Source of the DNA: Cyanophora paradoxa CCMP329
Taxonomy: Eukaryota; Plantae; Glaucophyta
Length of the DNA: 64,000 nucleotides
Assembly (NCBI GenBank): GCA_004431415.1
Contig: QPMI01000522.1
Location: 62,001 to 126,000, forward strand
Reading direction: 5' to 3'
The position numbers and the translations under genes are program-made. Of the stretch, positions 11,601 to 22,505 are shown piece by piece. Numbering within the stretch: position 1 is the stretch's first letter; each line of letters opens with the position of its first letter. The notes beneath the pieces are model-generated. The model saw only the letters and a program-made list of their open reading frames with translations. It was not told the origin of the DNA and made no database searches.

Positions 11601-14600
11601 CTCGGCGTCTGCGTCGGCGACGCGCTCGGCGACGGGGTGACCCCAGAGGACGGGCTCGGGCTCGGCGTCTCCGTCGGCGACGCGCTCGGCGACGGGGTGA
11701 CCCCAGAGGACGGGCTCGGGCTCGGCGTCTGCGTCGGCGACGCGCTCGGCGACGGGGTGACCCCAGAGGACGGGCTCGGGCTCGGCGTCTCCGTCGGCGA
11801 CGCGCTCGGCGACGGGGTGACCCCAGAGGACGGGCTCGGGCTCGGCGTCTCCGTCGGCGACGCGCTCGGCGACGGGGTGACCCCAGAGGACGGGCTCGGG
11901 CTCGGCGTCTGCGTCGGCGACGCGCTCGGCGACGGGGTGACCCCAGAGGACGGGCTCGGGCTCGGCGTCTGCGTCGGCGACGCGCTCGGCGACGGGGTGA
12001 CCCCAGAGGACGGGCTCGGGCTCGGCGTCTCCGTCGGCGACGCGCTCGGCGACGGGGTGACCCCAGAGGACGGGCTCGGGCTCGGCGTCTCCGTCGGCGA
12101 CGCGCTCGGCGACGGGGTGACCCCAGAGGACGGGCTCGGGCTCGGCGTCTCCGTCGGCGACGGGCTGGGCGACGGGCTCGGGCTCGGCGTCTCCGTCGGC
12201 GACGGGCTGGGCGACGGGCTCGGGCTCGGCGTCTCCGTCGGCGACGGGCTGGGCGACGGGCTCGGCCTCGGCGTCTCCGTCGGAGACGGGCTGGGCGAAG
12301 GGCTCGGGCTCGGCGTCTCCGTCGGCGACGGGCTGGGCGACGGGCTCGGGCTCGGCATCTCCGTCGGCGACGGGCTGGGCGACGGGCTCGGGCTGGGCGA
12401 CGGGCTCGGGCTCGGCGACGGGCTCGGGCTGGGCGACGGGCTCGGGCTGGGCGACGGGCTCGGGCTGGGCGACGGGCTCGGCGTCTCCGTCGGCGACGGG
12501 CTGGGCGACGGGCTCGGGCTGGGCGACGGGCTCGGGCTAGGCGACGGGCTCGGGCTGGGCGACGGGCTCGGGCTGGGCGACGGGCTCGGGCTGGGCGACG
12601 GGCTCGGGCTGGGCGACGGGCTCGGGCTCGGCGACGGGCTCGGGCTGGGCGACGGGCTCGGGCTGGGCGACGGGCTCGGTTTGGGCGACGGGCTCGGGCT
12701 GGGCGTCTCCGTCGGCGACGGGCTGGGCGACGGGCTGGGCGACGGGCTCGGGCTCGGCGTTTCCGTCGGCGACGGGCTGGGCGACGGGCTCGGGCTGGGC
12801 GACGGGCTCGGGCTGGGCGACGGGCTCGGGCTGGGCGACGGGCTCGGGCTGGGCGACGGGCTCGGGCTGGGCGATGGGCTCGGCGTCTCCGTCGGCGACG
12901 GGCTGGGCGACGGGCTCGGCGTCTCCGTCGGCGACGGGCTGGGCGACGGGCTCGGGCTGGGCGACGGGCTCGGGCTAGGCGACGGGCTCGGGCTGGGCGA
13001 CGGGCTCGGGCTCGGCGTTTCCGTCGGCGACGGGCTGGGCGACGGGCTCGTGCTGGGCGACGGGCTCGGGCTGGGCGACGGGCTCGGGCTGGGCGACGGG
13101 CGGCTGGCGCGGCTCGGTGGCGACGGGCTCGGGCTGGGCGACGGGCTCGGGCTGGGCGACGGGCTCGGGCTGGGCGACGGGCTCGGGCTGGGCGACGGGC
13201 TCGGGCTGGGCGACGGGCTCGGGCTGGGCGACGGGCTCGGGCTGGGCGACGGGCTCGGGCTGGGCGACGGGCTCGGGCTGGGTGACGGGCTGGGAGTCGG
13301 TGTTACGGAGGAGGTTGTGAAAGTCGTGGTTGCGTTAGCGCCGTTTCCAGCGCTGTTCTGCGCCCTTACGTAGACCGTGTACGATGTGGCGGCAGACAGA
13401 CTCGTTAGAGTGTAGTTGAAGACGCCGGGGCCAAGCGAAGCGACCTGAGCCGTCCCAAGAAAGACGGTGAATCCGGTGACTGGCACGCCGCCGCTGTCCG
13501 CTGGGCTGCTCCACGAGACGCTGGCGCTTGAAGAGGAGATTCCGCTGACGGACAAGGCCGTGGGCGCCGTCGGAAGGTCGGGCGGCGTCGTGTAGGTGAT
13601 CGTACCGCTGGGGTCGCTGGCCCCGGCATCGTTACTGCAGGTCGCGTTCAGATAGTAGGTCGTGTAGCGAGTGAGGCCCGAGATGCTTCCGGTGTACACT
13701 CCGGCCGCCAGCGAGAGCGTCTGCGTGCTCCCCGACGAGCTCGTCACGTAGACCGTGCAGCCTGGGGCGGGCTCAGGGAAGCAATGGGAGGCAGATCGAG
13801 GCTCCAGGGAGCAAGCGCACCGATGGAGTTGAGGTTGCCCATGTTGGGGGCCACCGTGACTACGATGGTGGTGGGCGAGCCGCTGCCGGTCAACGACGGC
13901 GGATTGGGCTGCGGAGGGGCGGCGTCAGGCGGCGCGGCGAGGGGTGCTGCACGTGGCCGGCTAGTGTGCACGATCGGAGCTGAATGAAAGGCATGCGAGG
14001 CGGCAGCGGCGCGCACCCGCTGGACGCCGCGGGCGACCCGCACGCGGTTGCCCGCCTTCTCCGAGAAGACCAGCGTCCCGCCGTCCACCGTCGTGAGGAA
14101 CCCCGGCTGGTTGAGCCCGAGGGTGACGCCCGCCAGCGCTGCGCGATTCGGTGCGTCGGCGGGCGGACGAGGGACGCGAGTGCGACGCGAGCGCGCACCT
14201 ATTCCGTTGACGGTCGAAGAGCTCGCCGACAATAGCTCCGTGAGGGACGCGTTGCTGCAGAGACGCCACGCCGCGTAAGGCGAATGGTGCCGCTTGCCGG
14301 AAAGCAGGCAAGCTTACGTGGTGATTGTCGTATTGGCGTGCATGAGCGTGCTGTTACCTCCCGCTGCATACGAGACGATCCACAGAATGCCCCTGCGGAC
14401 GGTTTCTCGTTGGGGAGATTCCAAGAAAAGGGCGCAGGTGAGGCGGACGTGGACTGCTCAATCTCCATCGAGTAGGTGTTGGCCGAGGTCAGCTTAGCTG
14501 CGTCCGTGATCCACGTCTCCGAGAAGCCTGCAGCGGCATTGTCTGCGACCAGTTGTTTCAAGAGCGAAGCTGGTGCGTACCTGTGGCGGTGACCTTGCGA

Positions 14601-15761
14601 ATTCTATTGCATCCAGCATCGAGTACGTAAAGACGCTGCGAAAGACGGTGTGAGTGGGCTCTGGCGAGTAAGGGGCGGGCGGAGTCGATCAAATGACGTG
14701 GTACCTGTTGGGAGGCGTGCCAGGCGAGAGCCAGGAGGTTTGTAAACGTCACACTCTGCTTATTCGTGGTGCTATCAAAACAGCCCGGCGTGGTTTTTCC
14801 AGTTAACAGATTCACCGCATTGAGTGCTCCTGTGTCTTGTGAGCAGCGCCCGCGCTCGTGAGGCACCGAGCGGCCTGCGCACCGGCGCTGATCGAGCCGG
14901 ACGCGATCTGTATCATGTCCAGCACAGTGAAGATTGTGGGCAGGCCACTGATCGATTCGACCCCGATATCTGATGCCGAGTACGACACGGAGTTGCCCAG
15001 CCCCTGGGCACTCGACACCTCGGCTGCGTAACGCCAAACGGAATGAGTTAGCTGCGCTGGCGAGTCTTTCGTCCTGCAAATCCCGCACCCGTCGCCAGGT
15101 TAACGCGGCGCCACTTCCTGCTTTTCGGCTCCGAGTCGTACAGAAAGAGGAAGTCGGAGACCGAGTCGTAAAGCAGGCCCACTGGGGCGCTGAAGCTCGC
15201 CCATGTCCCGAGCCCCTCCGTAATCCCCGCGCACGAGCCGCCGGCGATCACGGTGGACGTGAGGGAGGCTTCACGAGGCGCGCAAGAAGACGTCAGAAGC
15301 GGCGCGGGGCGCGCGGGGCGCGCGGGGGATTCAGGGCGCCGACCGGCGGTGTACGTCAGCGACGTGTAGTTTCTGATGGCCCGCAGCGCGCAGTTGTCCA
15401 TGATGTAGAGCGTCGAGCGGCCAGGCGCATAGGCGGACCCTGTGGGGCGGGGTCTGGGCGAGGGCCGAAGCGGCTTCCCGCCCGGCGCTCGCACCTTGGA
15501 TGTTCGTGAAGGTGGCGGAGGAGCACACCCCGCCGGCCGTGCCTGTGGCCCCAGTTCCGCACAGCGTTCCCAGCTGGAGCACGCAGGGCAGCGCTGCGAG
15601 AGGGATCAGACGGAGCGAAAGCAGGGCCCTCCCGGAGCGAGCGGACCGCTTCCTGTACATGAGAAGGCGCCCGACACGCTAACTTGTGCACGCGTAGGGG
15701 CAATGCACAGGACCGCGAGGAGGAGGCCTAGGAGCGCGTAGACCCTGCAGCTGGAGCTCAT
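4181..15761 (-). CDS. Giant multi-exon cell-surface protein: signal peptide, NHL/beta-propeller-like region, FN3 domains, long Ser-Pro stalk, C-terminal multipass TRP-like (fungal FLC/Pkd2-type) domain
   Basis: ATG 15761 [25 protein letters not shown] (signal peptide). NHL-like strings [14 protein letters not shown] and [14 protein letters not shown]3 [53 protein letters not shown] (13320-13580). SP repeats 8465-13300. Then [23 protein letters not shown], further TM helices and [24 protein letters not shown], ending at 4181. Continuity across frameshifts is inferred. Confidence 0.65.
8465..8950 (-). repeat. 12-bp coding tandem repeat (GGGCTCGGGCTGGGCGAC type) encoding (SP)n
   Basis: Directly visible, with several single-base indels. 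Confidence 0.9.
8951..12160 (-). repeat. 60-bp coding minisatellite, about 53 copies, encoding [13 protein letters not shown](E/Q)TPSPSP
   Basis: Successive 60-nt lines are almost identical. Variants E/Q, S/F and S/L recur. 1-bp losses in G/C runs cluster at 10321-10690. Confidence 0.95.
12161..13300 (-). repeat. (SP)n / SPTETP coding repeat
   Basis: Directly visible 6/12-bp periodicity interrupted by TET codons. Confidence 0.9.
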
Positions 15762-16811
15762 CCGCCAGTGCCGGTGCCTCAGTCGGCTGCGATGTCGCAG
15801 ACTCCTCTCTTGCTGCGCTGCAAGAGAAGAGGAGGCGGCCTTCCCAGCGCGTGGCCGGGCTTCCCAGCGAGGCGCCTCCATTGTGCACCTGCGGCCTGTG
15901 GCCGCTGGCGCTCTGCTACCTTCGTCTGATATGGCTCATCGCTTCCGCACACTCCCTGCAGGTCAAGGCCGCACGGCCCTGATCCGGTCTATCTAAGTTG
16001 GAGCAGTCACTGCAGCCTAACCGGGGCTGAAGGTAGCTTGAGCGACGCTGTTGTGCTGCTTTCTATGCCAATGACCACAGCGCCCAGTGGACAGCCGGTA
16101 GAGCGCAGACACTCGCCGAGTCGGAGTTGGCAGCTCTGTGAGCCGATGTGAAATTGAAATTGCAGTTTCGCTCAGCAAGCTACGCTGTTGTGTTTGCTTC
16201 TGAATCCACGACGCTCGCCCTGCGATGTAGAGAGTTGCCTGATATGTGAATGTTATACCCGGCTCGGATGCCTTGCAGCCCTCTGAGCAGCCTTCAGTCC
16301 CTCTGAATTAAATATTCGGCACGTCGACACGCTGGCACTGCTGGCACTCGCTACTACTTGAGTCGCTAGCGCTCTCTTCGAATTAGATCTCTCGATATCG
16401 ATCTCCCACAACGCTCAAGCGGCTAGCGCTTCGAATTCAAGCGTCACGCTGCCATGGCCACGCTGACACTGTGACACACAGTGGCCCCAGCCCGGCGGGC
16501 CTGACGAACGACACGCTAGCGCTGGCAACCTGTAGCTGGCACATGCTAACATCTATAGCTAGTGGCTGGCGCCAGACCCCAGGCACGCCTCGGAACTTCG
16601 AACGTCGACCGAGTCGAAAGCGGCACAGGAACGAGCTCGAGGGGCCAGGTGTTATTATACAGAGGCCGACGGGGAATGGGAGGAAGGAGACGAGGAGTAA
16701 AGGAGCACGAAAGAGCTGGAGATGGCGCACGGAGGGGAGGAGAAGCCGTGGGGATGGGATTGCAGGTAAGGGAAGGATAAGGGGGGAGGAGCGACGAGGG
16801 AGAGGGGCGCG

Positions 16812-17996
16812 CTACTCGGTGGGCGCGGGCGGGCTAAGGAGGTTCGCTTCCTTTAGCAAAGCGTCCACCTCCGTGTGCGTCAGCATCTTGTACACGACGT
16901 CGTCGCCCTTCTTCGTCAGAGTCGAGAACTCGACTGCAAGCGAGCGGAGAACGTAAGGCACGCGCTCGATACGAACGAGACGCATAGTGCGCACGCTTCT
17001 CAGCCGTGAGGCTCGTGCTGTCCATTGTCTTGCTCATGATCTTCACGGCCAGCTGCAGTGCGTCTTTAAGGCTCATGTCCGCTTTGTAGTCCGTCCGAAG
17101 GATGGACTGCGCCGCCGAGTTGTTTGCGCCAATTGCGGTCGCCTTCCAGCCGCCGTAGTTCCCGCTGGGGTCGCTCTGGTACAGCTGGAAGCCGTAGTGC
17201 CTGTCCCAGCCACCGAAAAGGAACGACACGCCGAAAGGCCGCTGGCCTGCGTACGTGGAGTGCCAGTGGATCAGAAGCCGAGCTAGCGCACAAAGAAAAA
17301 GGAGCCGGGGCCCTAGCAACGGGGCGGAATGTGGACATGCAAAGAGTGGGCCTCCATTCAGGGGGGGAAAGCGCGTGGCGAGCGCGCATGGCTAGCTATA
17401 CGCGCCAGTAGGAAAACCCAGCAAGGCGCACCTCCGTACTGCGTGTAGCCCTGCTTGAGGTCGGACACCTGTTGCAGGAGCTGCTCGACCGGCATGGGCT
17501 CCTGATACGCGAACGTGTAGCGCTGGGCGGCGAGGCGGGAGTAGTTGACGAGGATATTGGCGTCCGAGGTGATGCCGGCGACCGCGCAAGCGATGTGCTC
17601 GTCGATCTTGTACATTTTCTCGCTGGACTTGGACGGGTCGAGCAGCGGCGAGGTGATCTTCTTCTCCGCAGCGAGCACTATGCCGTCGGTGGCGAGAATA
17701 CCAAGCGCCGCGCCCGCGTGGCTGATGGCCTCCATCGCGTACTCGACCTGGTAGAGCCGACCTGCGCGGTCATCCATTCGGGTCAATTGCGCCGCACAGG
17801 AGGGAGCCGGGCGAGCGACGGACCCTCCGGCGAGAAGATGGTCGTGCGACTGTCATATCTCCTCGCCTGTGGCACGCGGGGGGAGGCGGTCAGCGAGCGT
17901 CCAGACAGAGCCCGCACAGACGGGCGGAGGAGGCGGTCAGCGTGCAGCCGGACTCCCTGCTCAGCTGGCCGCTCAGCGCTGGAGCCCACGAACCAT
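16812..17996 (-). CDS. PSMA4: 20S proteasome subunit alpha type-4 (alpha3/Pre9), spliced
   Basis: M|[103 protein letters not shown]. The first exon ends right after the ATG. Confidence 0.95.
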
Positions 17997-18144
17997 GTTT
18001 AAGCGCGGCCTCGAAAATGGGGGTACGACGCGTCGGGAAGGGGGAGGCGACGGGCGCCGGGTAGGGGCTCAGACGAGGCTGAAAAGGTGATCGCGGGACC
18101 CTGCTGCGGCGGCTGTGCAGGCGCGACTGACAGCGCGGTTGCAG

Positions 18145-19297
18145 ATGGGACGCGTCGTTCGCGGCCAGCGTAAGGGTGCGGGCTCTATTTTCACGGTATG
18201 TGGGCCCGACCTGTCGCCACCCCGGGACCGCGCCTTGACGCGCCGCTCGCTAGGCCCACGTGCACCGGCGCGTCGGTGCTGCCAAGTTCCGGCACATCGA
18301 CTTCGCCGAGCGCAATGGCTACATCAAGGGCATCGTGAAGGAGATCATCCACGACCCCGGCCGTGGTGCTCCGCTCGCGGTCGTCCAGTTCCGCAGCCCC
18401 TACAAGTACAAGCTGGTGAAGGAGAAGTTCATCGCTGCTGAGGGCCTGCACAGCGGCCAGTTCATCTACTGCGGCAAGAAGGGTTCGCTCCCGCAGGCCG
18501 CCCGGCGCTCTAGGGCCCGTGCATGGGTTTCTTATCGTTAGCGATCACCTTAATGCACTCTTTCCTCGCCCCCGCCCGCCCGTGCTAGCTTTCTTCGCGA
18601 CTGGCGGCTGTGTGCTGACAACTTTCTCCTCTCCCGCTGCGCCCCTCCTTCCACTTCTCTCGCGCAGCGACCCTGAGCGTTGGCAACGTTCTTCCCGTCG
18701 GCCTCATGCCCGAGGGTACCATCATCTGCAACGTTGAGGCGAAGGTCGGCGACCGCGGCACCCTCGGCCGCGCGTCGGGCGACTACGCCACCATCATCGC
18801 CCACAACCCGGATGAGGGCATCACCCGCGTCAAGCTCCCGTCGGGCTCGAAGAAGGTCATCCCCTCGGGGTGCCGTGCCATGGTCGGCCTCGTCGCCGGC
18901 GGTGGCCGCATCGACAAGCCGATGCTGAAGGCCGGCCGCGCTCACTACAAGTACCGCGCCAAGCGTAACGCCTGGCCGCGCGTGCGTGGTGTGGCTATGA
19001 ACGTGCGTCCCTGCCCAGCCCAGCCCCGCCCGCCCTCCCCGCGCGCCTCCTGAGCCTTGGACGCCCCGCAGCCCGTGGACCACCCGCACGGTGGTGGTAA
19101 CCACCAGCACATTGGCCACCCGTCGACTGTCCGCCGCGACACCTCGGCTGGTGCCAAGGTCCGCCGTGCCCTCCCTCCCCTTCGGGACGCAGCTGACTCG
19201 AACCGCCTGCACCCAGGTCGGTCTCATTGCGGCTCGCCGCACTGGCCGTCTCCGCGGTACCAAGCAGGTCACCGCTGGCGGTGCCAAGGACCAGTAA
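18145..19297 (+). CDS. RPL8: 60S ribosomal protein L8 (uL2), 5 coding exons
   Basis: [51 protein letters not shown]|[29 protein letters not shown]. Confidence 0.97.
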
Positions 19298-19539
19298 GCG
19301 CTCACCCAGCGCTAGGGCGGTTGCCCGATCAGCATGCGCCCAGACGTGCCGTCCCTCCATCATTTCTGACGAATGCAAGCCTCGCATTTCTTCTATTCCC
19401 GCCGAGGGCGCCCACTGGTTTGTGCGGGGGTGGGGGCCGGGGCGGCTGGGGGTCGGGCAAAGCTGGGGATGCATGAATTCAAAGCTACACTCAATAACAT
19501 CGCGGGGAAAGGGGAAAGGGTCTGCGCGCCCGGCCGCGG

Positions 19540-21623
19540 CTACGCGCCGCGCCGCTTGGCGAGAAGTAGGGGTACCCGGAAGAGGCCGACCGAGTTGGAG
19601 GCCTTGAAGAGGACGCGGTCTCCGGGCCGGAGGAAGCCGTCGAGCGCCTCCACGAGCGCCTCGGGCTGCGGATGGCGTGTGGCGTCAGGTCGGAAGTGTT
19701 ATACGCAAGATCAAATTAAGGCTTAGAACGAGGGCCGCACGTTGTCGAAGGTGTCGGAGGGCCCGCCGTAGCCGCGGGCGAGGGCGGCGGTCTCGTCCGA
19801 GAAGAGGGCCCCGCCCTCGTCGGCCGGCTCGCGGCCCTCCGGGTCGGGCTGGAGCACGAAGAGGTGCTCGACGCCGCAGGCGGCGGCCTTGCGGCCCGTC
19901 TCCTCGTGGAGGGGCAGGGCGTGCACGCCCAGCTCGCCCATGCGCCCCAGCACCGCGATCCGCCGACCGGCCGGCTCCCACGCAGTCCCCGCCAGCAGCT
20001 CCAGTGACGCCGCCATCGACTCCGGCCCGGCGTTGTAGGACTCGTCGAGGACGAGTACCCCCCCGGGGAGCTCCGAGCGGCCGGAGCGGCCGCCGGGGAC
20101 CTGCACGTCCACGCGGCGCCCGTCCGCGAGGCCGCGCCAGTCGAGGCCCGCGAACCGGGCCACGCCGACGGCGGCGAGGAGGTTCATCGCGTTGTGGCGG
20201 CCCGCCAGCGGCATGGGCAGCCGCACGCCCTCCACCTCCACCGTGCCCGCCCCCTCGTCGAACGCGCCCCTCAGGTTCCCCGCCTCCAGCCCTGCGCCGG
20301 GCATCCGTGATCAGCGGAGGACGGGCTCTGGGAAGGACCGCGCAGCCGCCGCCCGCGCACCATAGAGGCAGGTCCTCGCGGGGTCGTCCCTCGCCCAGAC
20401 CTGAGGGGGCCGGCGTCAAGGCCATGGAGCCGGCCCGGGACCCCTTCGGATCCCGCCCCGCCCCCGCACCTCGGCGGCGCGCCGCATGAGGTACTCCTCC
20501 TCGGCGCTCAGGACGGCCACGCCCGAAGCGGGGTCAAGAGCCTCCAGCAGCTCGCACTTGGCCTGCGCGCCGCGGCGGTCGGTCGAAGTCGACCAGGCGG
20601 CGCCGCCGCCGGCGCGGGGCGGCGGGGCGGGCGGACGATGGCGATGTTCTCGCGGGAGCCCAGCCTGCCGATGTGCATCGTGCCGACGTTCGTAATGACG
20701 CCCACCGTCGGCCGCGCAACGTCAGCGAGCTCGGCGATCTCTCCCAGCGCCCGCATGCCCATCTCCACGACGGCGAACCTGCGCGGCGCGCCGCCACGGC
20801 CTCGCATTCAAATTCGCGCTCTCCTGGGCCGGCGCGCGCGAATGCTGAGGAGGGTCTCGAGCACCTGTGCGACGAATCGAGGCCGAGGAGCGTCTTAGGG
20901 ACGCCGATCTCGTTGTTGAAGTTGGCCGCGCTGCGTAGGACGGAGCCGCCGCTCAGGCTCTCCAGCACGGCGGAGACCAGCTCCTGCGTGCGGAGAGACG
21001 GATAAGCGCGAGGAAAGGAGCGCAGTGCGCAGCGCAAGGTCGCCCGCGCGCTACACGCTCGCCTTCGTGGTCGTCTTCCCGACGGAGCCCGTGATGCCTA
21101 TGACTGGGATGTCGAAGCGCTCCCGCCACCAGCGGCCGATCGCCTGATAGGCCCGGAGCGTGCTAGGGACGACGATCTGCGGCACAGGAGAGCCGTCGTC
21201 GCTGGAGACCTCCCGCTCCGTCACAGCAATCGATGCGCGGGACTTCACCGCCCCGGCCGCGAAGTTGTTCCCGTCGAAGCTGCCGCCGCGTAGAGCGACA
21301 AACAGGTTGCCGGGAACGAGCTCGCGCGTGTCCGTCGTCACGCCGGCGGCCACCGTCTTGGCGGACGCGTCCCCGAGCTGCGCGATGCGGCCGCCGGTGA
21401 CCTTGGCGAGCTCCTCGACGGAGATCTGGAACGCTCCAGGCTTGGTCGACGCCTCGACGACACCGGGGCGCGCCTCGCGGCCACCGTGCGCGGTGCGCTG
21501 CCGACGGCGCGCGACCGGGGCCGCGCACAGGCGTACGTGTCGGCGCGGCGCATCCAGGCGCTGGCCGGTGCGCCAGGAGCCCGCCGGGGGCGCCGGGACG
21601 GCCTGGAAGGCGGTCGGGTCCAT
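19540..21623 (-). CDS. murF: UDP-MurNAc-tripeptide:D-Ala-D-Ala ligase MurF with N-terminal plastid transit peptide, spliced
   Basis: [31 protein letters not shown]|EL (P-loop), [84 protein letters not shown]-terminus [10 protein letters not shown] followed by an Arg/Ala-rich extension. Confidence 0.93.
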
Positions 21624-21660
21624 CTGTACCCGTGTTTCCACACTTTCTCTGTACCCGAAA

Positions 21661-22271
21661 ATGCTGTCCGCCATCCGCCGCCTCCCCTCGGCCGCGCGCC
21701 TCTCGGCGACCCGCGCCGTTCCCGTTCGCGCGATGACCTTCGAGCACGGCTCCCGCTGTGAGTCGACCCGCCGTCGCCATCTTCTCGGCCCTTCTCTGAC
21801 GCGTCCGTGCGCGTCCCCGTCCCGCAGCTATCAAGGAGCGTGAGGCGGCCATCGAGAACCAGGTCGGCCGGTCGATGCGCCTCTGCCGGCCGCCCGCCGA
21901 TCCTTGCCGCGCAGTACTTCAACAAGGAGGAGGAGCGGACCCTCAAGAACCTCCTGAAGAAGCTTTCTCGGCCGACCGAGGTCCGTCAGCCGGCGTTGGG
22001 CTCGTCTGCCGCTTGCCCGATGGACGCCTAACGAGCCATTCGTGCTCTAGCCGGCGGCGGTGAAGGCGGAGAAGGACGAGATCGAGAACATCTTCAAGAA
22101 GCACGGCGTGAAGGCGTCGAGCTCCATCATCGATGTGCGCCGTGGCCCCGCTCCGCGCTTTCACGCGGAGTCGCTTGGCTTGCACGGCCTGTTCGCGCGG
22201 CCGCTGACGCCCGCCCCGCCCCCGCGCAGGACATCTACGCCTGGAAGCACATGCACGATGAGAAGCACTAA
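21661..22271 (+). CDS. Small mitochondrial protein, F1Fo-ATPase inhibitor (IF1)-like, 5 exons
   Basis: Splicing four GT-AG introns gives MLSAIRRLPSAARLSATRAVPVRAM (amphipathic presequence) TFEHGSRSIKEREAAIENQYFNKEEERTLKNLLKKL..DIYAWKHMHDEKH*. The core resembles the IF1 KRExAxExxYF motif. Confidence 0.65.
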
Positions 22272-22505
22272 GCGTGCCCTCGCCCGGCCGGGCCGGTGGT
22301 ACTCCTCGCCCGGCCCACTTTCAGTGTCCAGCTAGGTCGCTTTTTTCATGTGTGCCATATAACACTTTCCAGCCGTTGAACCGATGCGATGCGCGGCCGC
22401 GGCACGCGCAAATGTCTCTACCGCGCTCGCGTCCGTCCGGGCGCTGCGCCGAGTTCTTGAATCGGACGGCCACATGCACTTCATCTGCTGGAGCCCAGAG
22501 CGAGC

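Noticed and set aside
8951-12160. CRISPR-like regular array
   Set aside because: Units are contiguous with no unique spacers, encode protein in frame, and there are no cas genes in this eukaryotic context.
9003-13373. Long plus-strand ORFs of GDGLGLGV repeats (and similar minus-strand ORFs at 46914-50387)
   Set aside because: These are antisense shadows of the Ser-Pro coding repeats. The opposite strand has signal peptides, domains and splice sites.
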